Shown here piece after piece: positions 1 to 9,641 of a stretch of 64,000 nt of DNA. Each line of letters begins with the position of its first letter. The stretch's first letter is position 1. The notes below the pieces were generated by a model that saw nothing but the letters and a program-made list of their open reading frames with translations, ran no database searches and was not told where the DNA came from. The position numbers and the translations under genes are program-made. The stretch comes from a virus: IMG/VR virus record IMGVR_UViG_3300025108_000028, positions 1-64,000 of that record, one strand, 5' to 3'.

Positions 1-1
1 A

Positions 2-2059
2 ACTGGTGTTTATGACTTTGTTCCTGCTGTAAACTTTTGTGGAACTGGAACATTTACATGGAAAGTTACTGATGGTTCATGTGAAAAAGAAGCAACAACA
101 ACATACAATATAAGTTGTGTTTGTGATATACCATCATTTGCCGTTTATCAAGGAGCTAATCAACCTTGTGGAGCAGCATCAACTGCACCTTTATATACTG
201 GTGCTTCAGGTGGAGCTTATCAATGGGTGGGTGACTATTGTGATCCAGATAATGCATATACTGATGTAACACTTACAACAGAATATTCTCTTGATGGTGG
301 TACAACTTGGATAGCAGGTCTTCCAGCAGGAGCAACAATACAAAAAGATGTACCTGCACCATGGAAGTTTACTTTTGATCAGCCTTCTGTCCCAGCGGGT
401 AATCAGCAATTTAGATTTACACTTCAAGATGTAGATGTAACTTGTAAGAGCGAGTACATTTTTAATGTAACTGCAGCTTTAGATATATTAAATAGATTTG
501 AATTTCAGGTATCAAATGAAGCTGGAACAGCAACAGCTGCAGCAGCACTGTTTCCTTTCAGAGCTAATACAAATTTACCTGTATTTGGAGCTACTGGAGG
601 TACGTGGAATCCTTCAGCTCTTCCTAATTCACAAAACTGGATGGGAAATTATGTTAATCAAGGACGAAGATTAACTCAATTTACATCTCAACCAAATGGT
701 CTAGCTGGTTCAGGTTTAAGTAATAATGATGAAGCATTAAATATTACACCAAGTGGTGGAACATACCCAGGGGTTGCAAATTCAACGTTTCAATTAGTAT
801 ATGTAACTGCTGGATATCAAACTAATTCAACTCTTATTGAGACAAGAACGCCAAATATTTGGGTTAATCCTATGTCTTACCCTGCTAATGATAATATATC
901 AGTGGGTGATACCATAATTTTTGATGCTGCTACAATAAATAATGCTTTTAATTTATCAGGTGGAAATGCTGTAACAGGTAGTCTAACTTATGTAATTCAA
1001 AATGAAGATGTTGGTTATGCTCCTTTAGCTACATCAGCAATAACTTTAGCAGCTAATGCTAATTCTGGTCATGCTTGTAATGATGGTGCATTTAAAATAT
1101 ATGCTGCTATTACGAATGCTTCTGGTGCAACAGAAGTTTATTATTTACTTAGAACCTCTACTTCTAACGGTAGTCCGCAAAATCCTTTTACTAATAATCC
1201 AAATCCTATAAGAAGATATAGTTTAGACAGTGTTTCTCCTTCAATTGGATATTTAACTGGACCAGGTGGAAGAACTTGGTCAAGATCATATTCAAGTGGT
1301 ACTCAAGCTGGAGTAGGACAAGCAGGAGCACCTGCTATAATGAGTTCTTCTAATATTGATTACACATTCCGTGGTTCTGCAATGTCTAAATCTAATACAA
1401 TGTATAACTATGATGGAGGATATGTAATTCCACAAAATAATCAAGATACAGACTATAGTTCTACAGGAGCGCAAAGACTTCAAGCAGATGTTATACAACA
1501 GATAGCTGCTAATAGTATAGATGGTAATATAGTTTTTTATATTGCAGGAGATACTTGGGCCAAAACATCTGCTACAACTTTAGCAACAGGTATAATTAGT
1601 TCAGTAGATGCTAATGGAGGAGTTACTGGTATAACATTACAAAGTGGTGGCGTTGGTTATAATCAAGGATTATTTACTAGTAATGCTTCTGGTACTACTA
1701 GAGCAGAATATTTTTTAAGTGGTGGGGATAATCAATGTTCAGCTTTTGTAACTATGAGCGGTACAACAGTTAATGAAAGTATACAGTCTGTAATCTCAAT
1801 ATCTAGACCAGGTTCAGGTTATGTGGTTGGACAACCTTTTGCTTTTGATCCAGATCTTACATGGGTTGCACACTCTCATGGTGATGCAGCAACTCTTAGA
1901 ATATTTAAAGAAGACCCAAATAATACACTAGATCAAATAGAAGTATTTAATGGCCCTCCTTTTAATAACACTGGTACAGCAACTGGTACAGCATTTAAAG
2001 CAGGTGACGGAACATCAGTGCAAGTAAATATATTTACGGGTGTAGTAACAATTTTATAA
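2..2059 (+). CDS. Large virion/adhesin-like protein, 5'-truncated by the window (Ig/cadherin-like repeats)
   Basis: Frame is open from nt 2, before the ORF-track start at 227. It begins YDFVPAVNFCGTGTFTWKVTDG, which resembles the cadherin-like/tandem-95 repeat. G/T/S/N-rich, with 'ITLQSGGVGY' and 'ISRPGSGY' repeats typical of phage structural proteins. Confidence 0.6.
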   Translation, partial: TGVYDFVPAVNFCGTGTFTWKVTDGSCEKEATTTYNISCVCDIPSFAVYQGANQPCGAASTAPLYTGASGGAYQWVGDYCDPDNAYTDVTLTTEYSLDGGTTWIAGLPAGATIQKDVPAPWKFTFDQPSVPAGNQQFRFTLQDVDVTCKSEYIFNVTAALDILNRFEFQVSNEAGTATAAAALFPFRANTNLPVFGATGGTWNPSALPNSQNWMGNYVNQGRRLTQFTSQPNGLAGSGLSNNDEALNITPSGGTYPGVANSTFQLVYVTAGYQTNSTLIETRTPNIWVNPMSYPANDNISVGDTIIFDAATINNAFNLSGGNAVTGSLTYVIQNEDVGYAPLATSAITLAANANSGHACNDGAFKIYAAITNASGATEVYYLLRTSTSNGSPQNPFTNNPNPIRRYSLDSVSPSIGYLTGPGGRTWSRSYSSGTQAGVGQAGAPAIMSSSNIDYTFRGSAMSKSNTMYNYDGGYVIPQNNQDTDYSSTGAQRLQADVIQQIAANSIDGNIVFYIAGDTWAKTSATTLATGIISSVDANGGVTGITLQSGGVGYNQGLFTSNASGTTRAEYFLSGGDNQCSAFVTMSGTTVNESIQSVISISRPGSGYVVGQPFAFDPDLTWVAHSHGDAATLRIFKEDPNNTLDQIEVFNGPPFNNTGTATGTAFKAGDGTSVQVNIFTGVVTIL

Positions 2060-2238
2060 TGAGTAAAGTAAAAACAAATAGTGCAAGTAACCCTATGAGT
2101 CCACACAGTCCTAAAGTAAGGACTGGTGGCTCAGTAGTTGCTAATAAAAGTACAGGTAAAGGTGGCTTTAAAGTTGCTCAAGATTCAACTGTATTGGGTA
2201 CAATGAATGGTATAATGAAAGATCAGTATAACAAGTAA
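2059..2238 (+). CDS. Small hypothetical protein (59 aa, MSKVKTNSAS...)
   Basis: TAATG-coupled to the previous gene. Open to TAA at 2236-2238, converging on the minus-strand block. Confidence 0.6.
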   Translation: MSKVKTNSASNPMSPHSPKVRTGGSVVANKSTGKGGFKVAQDSTVLGTMNGIMKDQYNK

Positions 2239-2239
2239 G

Positions 2240-2551
2240 TTACTTTAGATCTTCTAACTCTTTTTGTAAACATGCAAGTGCACGCCAAGCAACTTTTGCT
2301 GTATGACGTATTCCGTCATCATCAATTGTTCCTGCATCTATAAGGTGCCTAGCTAATGCATCAAAATCATCATTAGATTTATTACGATCCCAATGTAATG
2401 GTTTATCAGGATGATGTTGTTTGTTTCCTTGTAAGGAGACTCTTGCTATTTCCATAATAGCATCCGGGAAGTATTTAAGAACACCAGTAAATACTGGAGT
2501 TTCTTTTCTTTTTTCAGCTTTATCCATAAATAGCCATTCTTTTTTTATCAT
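2240..2551 (-). CDS. DUF5664 / dATP-dGTP diphosphohydrolase N-terminal-like protein
   Basis: Pattern YFPDAIMEIARVS..GN.QH...W.R.KS...DALARHL...DDDG..H.AKVAWRALA matches my recollection of DUF5664. Confidence 0.7.
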   Translation of the reverse strand: MIKKEWLFMDKAEKRKETPVFTGVLKYFPDAIMEIARVSLQGNKQHHPDKPLHWDRNKSNDDFDALARHLIDAGTIDDDGIRHTAKVAWRALACLQKELEDLK

Positions 2552-2754
2552 TTCTTTTTCTTTTTTCTCCTTTCAGCCATAACATCTTCAATCTTTCTAA
2601 CTTCATATGCTCCACATGGACCATTTGCAGCACGAGATGTTGCTTTCCTATTGGTTCTTTGCCAACTGTAAATTTGACTATCTTCACTACATGGTATAAA
2701 GTTTATACCTGCTTTATTATATCTTTCTTGTTCTCTTTTTTCTTTCTTTGTCAT
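2548..2754 (-). CDS. Hypothetical basic protein
   Basis: ATGA-overlapped with both neighbours. Confidence 0.55.
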   Translation of the reverse strand: MTKKEKREQERYNKAGINFIPCSEDSQIYSWQRTNRKATSRAANGPCGAYEVRKIEDVMAERRKKKKK

Positions 2755-2942
2755 TTGTCTTTATTTTTACGATAATCAATTATGAATCCTACAGCTACTA
2801 GTATGTTTAAACCTAAGCTGGCAATAACCTCATGAATATCTTTATATGTATTTATACTTAGATGTACATGTCCAATTACCCAAAATGGAATTGCCATTTG
2901 CTGACTATACCATATTAATGCAAACTCTAGAAATTTTTTCAT
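2751..2942 (-). CDS. Small membrane protein
   Basis: Two hydrophobic segments; coupled to the downstream gene. Confidence 0.6.
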   Translation of the reverse strand: MKKFLEFALIWYSQQMAIPFWVIGHVHLSINTYKDIHEVIASLGLNILVAVGFIIDYRKNKDK

Positions 2943-3022
2943 AACTAATTTTTGGTTTTTATATTTTGTAAATTAGGTGTAGGGGCCTACATGTAAAACA
3001 TGCAGTTGGTTTAGCCCCATTA

Positions 3023-3106
3023 TTATTCACCTAACTTCCTACCTTTTAGGATCCATATTATATATATTATTATAATTAAAAAAAGTATTCTTAATCCTGG
3101 GCTCAT
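3023..3106 (-). CDS. Putative 27-aa membrane peptide (MSPGLRILFLIIIIYIIWILKGRKLGE)
   Basis: ATG overlaps the TGA of the DUF932 gene (ATGA). One hydrophobic helix with a basic tail. Confidence 0.45.
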   Translation of the reverse strand: MSPGLRILFLIIIIYIIWILKGRKLGE

Positions 3107-3984
3107 ATTCTACCCATGTACATTTCTTGAACTAATACTTTTTCTGTTATATCTATATCAATTGGAACTTCAACAATATCTTCCATAACTATGTCTATGT
3201 CATTAACATTAGTATTGACTTCTAGATTAGCATATAAGTTATTGTTTATTACTTCAGCAGTTACAAAATCATGAAAGTCTTTTTGATCTGATAACCAATC
3301 TCTTGGATGTGCTTTCTTTAATGCATGCGTTACATGATTATAAAAAGCCCATGCACTGTTATTACTCTGACCATAATCAAAAGATGGTTTATCCATTTCT
3401 TTCTTTATCATAGATACTTGTTGTGTGTCTATTATATCTTCATCAATAAATAATCTTCCTACTAACTCTGACTGCTGTTTACAGCTAAGTTTAACAGACT
3501 TTAGATATTCTTTATCATTTATTAATCTTTTATAATATACTTCAGCATTCTTGATTTGATCCGTCATATGTAACTTAGTATCCATATTAGCTGTTCCGGT
3601 ATGCTTTCTAGTGTAATTCATCATATCACCAGCAACCATTCCGTTTGAACATACTTTAACATAAGCTCCTATAGCACACTGAAACCTTGTACTTTTATCA
3701 TAAGAGTTTGTCCAAGAGAACATCATACCTAGTTCTTCTTCTTCCATTATACTGCTATCAACAGGATTTAGAGGCTTTAAATGATAGATACCTTGTGCTA
3801 CATTAGCATTCATATTAGATCTATAGACCTCTTTTATTATAGTGAATCCACTTGCATTAAGTAGACTCATAGTGTTGTCTATCACTTCTTTGTGTGATAT
3901 GACTGTGTAAGATTTACCATGGTTAGGTAAAGGTTGACTTTTTAGAAATGCTTTAGTCACTTCTGTTGGTTTTTTATATCCCAT
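3103..3984 (-). CDS. DUF932-family protein
   Basis: Motif NSYDKS..FQ...G....VCSNGM....RKHT. Confidence 0.75.
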   Translation of the reverse strand: MGYKKPTEVTKAFLKSQPLPNHGKSYTVISHKEVIDNTMSLLNASGFTIIKEVYRSNMNANVAQGIYHLKPLNPVDSSIMEEEELGMMFSWTNSYDKSTRFQCAIGAYVKVCSNGMVAGDMMNYTRKHTGTANMDTKLHMTDQIKNAEVYYKRLINDKEYLKSVKLSCKQQSELVGRLFIDEDIIDTQQVSMIKKEMDKPSFDYGQSNNSAWAFYNHVTHALKKAHPRDWLSDQKDFHDFVTAEVINNNLYANLEVNTNVNDIDIVMEDIVEVPIDIDITEKVLVQEMYMGRI

Positions 3985-4035
3985 AATTATAAACTTATTA
4001 AGTGTAAATATAATAAATTAATCTGACTCAGCAAA

Positions 4036-4878
4036 TTAAAATATATATCTTATTGTGTTTAAAGGAAAATACTTCTTGTATATATCCTTGAATTCATTGA
4101 TTAGCCTGCCTTTATGTTCTAAAGGATACCTCATAACGCCTGATTGATTTTTAACTTCATAAGAACGCCTCATTAGTTCCTGGGCTTCTGGTGATGCTTT
4201 AATCATTTGGTTCTTATGATTGGTTAAAGCTATAACCTCACATTTATTTATACCTGCTAGTTCTTTTACCTGTTTAAAAAGCTTATTATATTCTTCTTTC
4301 CAACCGGGATAAAAGACTAAAGGGCTATAATTAAGATGAACTTGCCAACCTAAATCTTTGAGACGGTTAACATCAGCTATACGGCTTTCTATCTTTTGCA
4401 TCTTAGGTTCTAATATATTAGAATACTTCTGAGGCATAAGACTAACACGTACTCTTGGAGGCTTGTTAAAATTACTAACGTCTAACGTTAATAGTCCTGG
4501 ATACTTTGTAGCCATTGTTGTATTAAGATTTTTATGTTTATCATACATAAGCAAGTAATCATATAAAGAAATTCCTGCTTTCTTTACATGTTTTTGCATA
4601 AGTACTAAATCTGTATTACAAGCAATGTCTACCATTGTGTATATAGGGTCTTGTTGATCAGGTACCTTATAGTAACTTTTTTCCCAATCAACAACAGACT
4701 TAAATATTTGGTCAACGTTTCTATTTACAAAAACTCTTTTACCATTATACCTAGACATATAACAATAGGTATCTACACAGCCACCAAAACAACCATATAT
4801 GAGGTTTGGGGCTATGCAGTTAGCACTATTATTATTTGGTTTAGTTACAAGAGTTGTTGTTTTCTGTACCTTAATCAT
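4036..4878 (-). CDS. splB: Spore photoproduct lyase (SplB)-like radical SAM protein
   Basis: GCFGGCVDTYCYM Fe-S motif; DIACNTD, equivalent to the SPL H-donor Cys; SLMPQ, SPLVFYPGWKEEY and C-terminal RY motifs of the SPL family. Confidence 0.75.
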   Translation of the reverse strand: MIKVQKTTTLVTKPNNNSANCIAPNLIYGCFGGCVDTYCYMSRYNGKRVFVNRNVDQIFKSVVDWEKSYYKVPDQQDPIYTMVDIACNTDLVLMQKHVKKAGISLYDYLLMYDKHKNLNTTMATKYPGLLTLDVSNFNKPPRVRVSLMPQKYSNILEPKMQKIESRIADVNRLKDLGWQVHLNYSPLVFYPGWKEEYNKLFKQVKELAGINKCEVIALTNHKNQMIKASPEAQELMRRSYEVKNQSGVMRYPLEHKGRLINEFKDIYKKYFPLNTIRYIF

Positions 4879-5230
4879 TTCTTATGTAAGCTGACTCAGT
4901 GCCAGATATAATATCTATATCTTTTACTTCAATATCTTTTACAAATTGACCGTTAACCATCTTTCCGGTACGTTTAGAGATTACATCATAAGCTGACTTG
5001 AGGCAGTATTCTAAAGATACATTCTGCATCTTAGCCTGAATAATCAAGGTGACCATAATATCACCCATAGCATCAACAATCTCTTCACGGTCATCAGCAT
5101 TGATAGCCGTGCAGAGTTCAGTTGTTTCTTCTAATGTTTTCAACGCTTGGGCCATTGGTGTGGCTTTGTCAAAAATACCTTTTTCTTCTGCCCAGCTTTC
5201 TACTGCACATTCTAGTTCAAAATAATCCAT
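4871..5230 (-). CDS. mazG: MazG-like nucleotide pyrophosphohydrolase
   Basis: KTLEETTEL...EIVDAMGDIMVTL...AYDVISKRTGKMVNGQFVKD. Confidence 0.85.
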   Translation of the reverse strand: MDYFELECAVESWAEEKGIFDKATPMAQALKTLEETTELCTAINADDREEIVDAMGDIMVTLIIQAKMQNVSLEYCLKSAYDVISKRTGKMVNGQFVKDIEVKDIDIISGTESAYIRND

Positions 5231-5234
5231 ATGT

Positions 5235-7226
5235 TTAAAATAATTTTAATTGATTAGATGACACCGTTAATATACTATTTATCTCAGACTCAATTGCTTG
5301 TAGATAATAAAGCTTATTGATATTATAGTTTTCCCATTTAGGTTCTACTTGCATATCATTAAATAAACTTTGTAACCACTTACCAGCCTCTAGTTGTATT
5401 TCACGATCATCATTTTTGTTAACTTTTACGATCTTTACTCCATCTTTAGATATAAAATACCTATTGATTTTTTGTAATTTATCTTCAGTGTACTTGCCAT
5501 CTTTAACATATCTTGCTACTTGTTGCCAATTACCCTTTGATTTACCACCTATACAATAATCTAGAATGTTTTTATTTTGTTCTAGATAGTCTTCAGGTAA
5601 TATGTTTTTTACGAAGAAAGCATATATAGCTTTTGGTATAACTAACTTAGACTTGTTTTTATGTAACTGTAGGTTATGAAAATCAAATCTACCTTTCAGC
5701 TTAACAGGAGCATAGCTAAACTTATCATTCTTGACATTAAATAAATAATGTGGTAATGATTGTTTTACTTCTCTAAACTTTGTTATGTCAACATCAATAA
5801 AGTTGTTTACACCTATATAGTTATTTACATCTGAAAGTATTAATTTTTGATATTCATCATGTTCTAAGTTTAAACTAGTTTTCTCCTCCCACTCTTTACA
5901 TATCTGCATATATAAATCATAGTGCTCTCTTGGTATAATAGTTTCTACACCATCCGTGTTCTGTAATAAAGCAACAGCACCCGGTATACGCTCCATGATT
6001 TGTTCATACAACATCATCAACGTTAGCTGACCATTAATTGTAATTCTCATACACAATTCTGGATCATAAAAGAAGCTATTTACATCATTGCTAAGACCAA
6101 ATGTAGAATTAAGTATAATCTTATATACATAATTCATTGGATTGCTCTTAGGAATCTTCTTACGCTCTTCAAAGAACCACTCATACTGATCACAAAACTG
6201 GTCAACTGGAAAATGTTCAGGAGACCATTTATTTTTGATTGCTAAGTTTGGGTAAAAAGATGTTACATCTGAACTCATAATTAACATATCATCATCACTT
6301 TCATAAACACCTTTGTTAGCAGCACCATGTGCACCACCTAAACCAAAATGTGTCTTTACAGATTTATAGTTTATATGATATTTGAAACTACCTTTCAGGT
6401 TAGAAGCATCTATCTCTAAAGTTTTAAACCTATCATGTAGTGTTTTAAACTCTTGAGATGTAAATGAAATGTATGGTAATAAAATATCAGATACTTTAAT
6501 ATTAGATCTATGAGTCCTCATTTGTTTGAGATCTCTTTTTGGTATATTAAGCTTTTCTGATAAATAATAACCAAATAGTTCTTTACTAATTCTTGGTTCA
6601 GAGGCGCTATATAGATTTATATTATATGTATCTGTTAGTTCTTTACGTAGTTTAATCTGTGACTTTGACCTATTAAATATTTCTTTGGTTGACTGTACAT
6701 CATTAACATTATATTCAATGATAGTGTTAATCTCCTCAAGAGTTTTAATTTCAGCTGTATGATCTATAGGCATTTCTAATATATTTTGCCAGTCCATACT
6801 ATATTGTATCCACTTAAGACTAGAACGTTTAGCCGGGTTATCCCAATGGTGTAACTTAAATAGATCTATCTGACCTATTTTCATCTTCCATATGGGGTAA
6901 TCCATAAACTCTTTGTTATTAGACTTATTAATACAGTACTGTGCGTACTTATAAATTATATTAGCTATCTCACATCCTTTAAGATTGTCCCATAAATAGT
7001 AATTATCTATTATATATTGAGTGATCTGGCCATCAAATGCTAAACCATTGTATGATATATGCCACTCTTTATTATCTACATTATCTTTTAAGAAACTTAT
7101 AAAATCATCAAAATCATTACGCAGGTCATGAACAACAAATGTTTTACTCTCATTTGTTTTATAATGCTCAAATACCCCGGTGAAACAATTAGATAAAGTT
7201 TCATAGTCCATTACCCAGTGTTTCAT
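5235..7226 (-). CDS. polB: DNA polymerase, family B (crAss-like)
   Basis: Exonuclease motifs DYET, YNGLAFD and YNVNDV; polymerase motifs SDVTSFYPN, KIILNSTFG and NTDG. Confidence 0.92.
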   Translation of the reverse strand: MKHWVMDYETLSNCFTGVFEHYKTNESKTFVVHDLRNDFDDFISFLKDNVDNKEWHISYNGLAFDGQITQYIIDNYYLWDNLKGCEIANIIYKYAQYCINKSNNKEFMDYPIWKMKIGQIDLFKLHHWDNPAKRSSLKWIQYSMDWQNILEMPIDHTAEIKTLEEINTIIEYNVNDVQSTKEIFNRSKSQIKLRKELTDTYNINLYSASEPRISKELFGYYLSEKLNIPKRDLKQMRTHRSNIKVSDILLPYISFTSQEFKTLHDRFKTLEIDASNLKGSFKYHINYKSVKTHFGLGGAHGAANKGVYESDDDMLIMSSDVTSFYPNLAIKNKWSPEHFPVDQFCDQYEWFFEERKKIPKSNPMNYVYKIILNSTFGLSNDVNSFFYDPELCMRITINGQLTLMMLYEQIMERIPGAVALLQNTDGVETIIPREHYDLYMQICKEWEEKTSLNLEHDEYQKLILSDVNNYIGVNNFIDVDITKFREVKQSLPHYLFNVKNDKFSYAPVKLKGRFDFHNLQLHKNKSKLVIPKAIYAFFVKNILPEDYLEQNKNILDYCIGGKSKGNWQQVARYVKDGKYTEDKLQKINRYFISKDGVKIVKVNKNDDREIQLEAGKWLQSLFNDMQVEPKWENYNINKLYYLQAIESEINSILTVSSNQLKLF

Positions 7227-7238
7227 TTTTTATGTTTT

Positions 7239-7562
7239 TTAAGAGCTAGAGTCATTATTCTCTTTCTCATTTGAATTAGTGTTTCCATCATTATAATTTT
7301 TAAGTGCCACTACTTTAGCTTCTAGTATTAGATCCATAATACTATCATAGATACTTTCTACCGCTTCTGGTGATCCATCACGCTCTAACTTTTTATCTAT
7401 TTCTCTCTCATATAAGTCAACTGTTTTGATTACATGCTTAATCTTTTGTTTAACTTTTTGAGTATGTATATACTGTAACCCGTGTGCTATCTCACCCATG
7501 CACTTAGTCATAGCAAACAGGATGTTAACATCCATTATTTCTTCTGCTTTTAATTGTTTCAT
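7239..7562 (-). CDS. Hypothetical protein
   Basis: ORF in operon context with an AT-rich leader. Confidence 0.6.
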   Translation of the reverse strand: MKQLKAEEIMDVNILFAMTKCMGEIAHGLQYIHTQKVKQKIKHVIKTVDLYEREIDKKLERDGSPEAVESIYDSIMDLILEAKVVALKNYNDGNTNSNEKENNDSSS

Positions 7563-7581
7563 AATTTAATTTATTAGAGCC

Positions 7582-7613
7582 AAAAAAAGCCCAAATCAAT
7601 GAGCTTTCTTTTT
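7582..7613 (-). terminator. Intrinsic terminator (possibly bidirectional)
   Basis: Minus strand AAAGCTCA-loop-TGGGCTTT followed by a T-run. Confidence 0.55.
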
Positions 7614-7637
7614 AAAAATCAATAAAGTGTTAGACCT

Positions 7638-8057
7638 TTACTGACCAGGTAGAATTAAATTAGATGTTTTAGTTTCCTTTACATCTACATTCATAAACTG
7701 TGTGTAGTCAAATTCTGAAGCATTAACAGCAAACATATGAATAAAAGTTTCTATATCAGCTTTATCATTAAGATAAAACTCAGAGAAAGTATCTACTAGC
7801 CTTCTCTCTTCTTTAACCGTTTTACCAGTTTGTTGATTTGGTGTTTTTAATCTTTGTGGATCTCCGTTATCATCTAACTTTGGTACCATATGATAAGATT
7901 GTTTCATCACTTTACTGATGACAGCTAAAATACCTGACGCAGGGTCAAACATAGCTTCTGTATAAGGTGAGTCTAAACTCACAGGAATTAATGTAAAAGA
8001 ATTTACATTTCTAAATACTGATTTTACCAGCATCATATTTTGTCCTATTTGTGCCAT
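7638..8057 (-). CDS. Hypothetical protein
   Basis: 139-aa ORF preceded by a TATCTTTG promoter element. Confidence 0.7.
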   Translation of the reverse strand: MAQIGQNMMLVKSVFRNVNSFTLIPVSLDSPYTEAMFDPASGILAVISKVMKQSYHMVPKLDDNGDPQRLKTPNQQTGKTVKEERRLVDTFSEFYLNDKADIETFIHMFAVNASEFDYTQFMNVDVKETKTSNLILPGQ

Positions 8058-8065
8058 AATTGGTT

Positions 8066-8644
8066 TTATTTATTGCTCAAAGATATTGAAGTATCTTCTA
8101 ATAACCTAGCTAAAAGATAATTATTATCAACTAAGGTTTCTTTTTCTAGATCTGGAGGTGTGCATATCTCATGAACATCTTTCAATTGTTCAACTGATAC
8201 ATTCAAGAACTCTGCATATTCTTCATGACTTTCTTGTGGTGATAAAAATGAATGAACATACTCAGAAACCTTATCATCATCTCCAAAATAATCTAATATA
8301 TTAATTTTACTATCTATACTTATGTTTGAATACTTACCTTTAATGAAGTTATCATAATCAAACTTTAATGAAGTAAAATCATAAACTATCAGGTGTCTTC
8401 TCTCACTAAGTTTTATATGCTTATAAAAATGTTTATGAGAAAATACATGCTTTTCCAAAAACAATATAAATTTCTTAGTCATAGGGGTCTGATATAAACA
8501 CATAAACATTGTATCATCAATAGAGTAGACATCTTCCAAGGCTATATAAGTTTGCCTAGGAACATGTCCAATGCCTTTTTTGTACCCAAGTAATGGATAC
8601 ATAAAAACTTTACTCTTTTGAAAATAGTCTGTGTAAACACCCAT
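8066..8644 (-). CDS. Hypothetical protein
   Basis: 192-aa ORF directly after the nuclease gene. Confidence 0.7.
   Translation of the reverse strand: MGVYTDYFQKSKVFMYPLLGYKKGIGHVPRQTYIALEDVYSIDDTMFMCLYQTPMTKKFILFLEKHVFSHKHFYKHIKLSERRHLIVYDFTSLKFDYDNFIKGKYSNISIDSKINILDYFGDDDKVSEYVHSFLSPQESHEEYAEFLNVSVEQLKDVHEICTPPDLEKETLVDNNYLLARLLEDTSISLSNK
8078..8085 (-). promoter_or_regulatory. Bacteroidota sigma-70 -7 element (TATCTTTG)
   Basis: Matches TAnnTTTG about 20 nt upstream of the ATG at 8057. Confidence 0.5.
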
Positions 8645-8645
8645 A

Positions 8646-9641
8646 CTATAATTTAACTTTATTTACTAAAAATTCATAGGGTAAACTATAGTTTCTTTCA
8701 TTATAATGATACTCAGCTGCTTTTAATACACCACCAAGACCTTCTGCCCAACCACCTAATGTTTGTTGAGACACATCAAATACATAAGTTTGATTATATT
8801 TATCAATTACAACAAATTTAAAGTCTATTGTATAATCATCACGGTTCTCTACAGATTCCATATAGTCCCATACTAACTTACAATATATAGCTGCTTGCAA
8901 CCAATAATTATAAAAATCTACTGTTTCTTTAAAATCACTTATTGTTTTACCTGTGGTTTTTAAATCAGTTATAACAGCTTTTTTCTCCTTATGATCTATG
9001 CTAAAGAAATCTATATAACCATGTAAACCAAAAGGTAAACCTTTCAATTTACAGCTAAGGTATTTTTCTGCATGTGTTTCATAATCATCTAATTCAAAAT
9101 CTGTAGGTGCCTCTTCAAATATAGCCATAACATCACTGTTACTTTTAATAATCTCAGATTGATCTTTACATCTTAGTAAAGTATCTTCATCTATTACATC
9201 TACATTGCTATTAGATAAAAATTCCCAGTAAGGTTCAAACTCATCTTTTATGATTTTAACTATACGTTGTTCATCTGTTTTAAGAGATTGATACAAGTTC
9301 ATTTCTTTGAGTGAATCCAATACTATTTCAGATGGAACATCAAAGAGCTTTTCTGCATCTGTATACAAAGACATATTTTTTAATACCTTTCTGACACTAT
9401 CTGATGGTGCTTTACCGGGTGTTATACTAAACTTATCTTTTAAATTATCAGGTTCAAATAATAAACAATGAAGTAGCTTTCCTTCTACTAAATGCTTATC
9501 TGTTCTAACCTCTTTATCTTTTAATATATAATCCTTATAAAATAAGAATGGTGAAAATAATAACTTGTTTAAAGAAGAGTAGCTAAAGCAAAATTTATTA
9601 TTTGCATAAAACTCCTCTTCTTTTTGAAAATTTCTATTCAT
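8646..9641 (-). CDS. PD-(D/E)XK exonuclease, RecE/DUF3799-like
   Basis: SYSSL, G.LLH..L.EP, HGYIDF, ITDLKTT and Y.YWLQAAIY motifs. Confidence 0.85.
   Translation of the reverse strand: MNRNFQKEEEFYANNKFCFSYSSLNKLLFSPFLFYKDYILKDKEVRTDKHLVEGKLLHCLLFEPDNLKDKFSITPGKAPSDSVRKVLKNMSLYTDAEKLFDVPSEIVLDSLKEMNLYQSLKTDEQRIVKIIKDEFEPYWEFLSNSNVDVIDEDTLLRCKDQSEIIKSNSDVMAIFEEAPTDFELDDYETHAEKYLSCKLKGLPFGLHGYIDFFSIDHKEKKAVITDLKTTGKTISDFKETVDFYNYWLQAAIYCKLVWDYMESVENRDDYTIDFKFVVIDKYNQTYVFDVSQQTLGGWAEGLGGVLKAAEYHYNERNYSLPYEFLVNKVKL

Noticed and set aside
2970-3037. c-di-GMP-I riboswitch or self-cleaving ribozyme
   Set aside because: Only a short GGCTAAACC resemblance; the GNRA loop/receptor and hammerhead or HDV core residues are not evident.
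2240-5230. 2-aminoadenine (Z) genome pathway
   Set aside because: No PurZ/PurA-like or HD-domain dATPase gene in the window. DUF5664 and MazG-like genes alone are not diagnostic.
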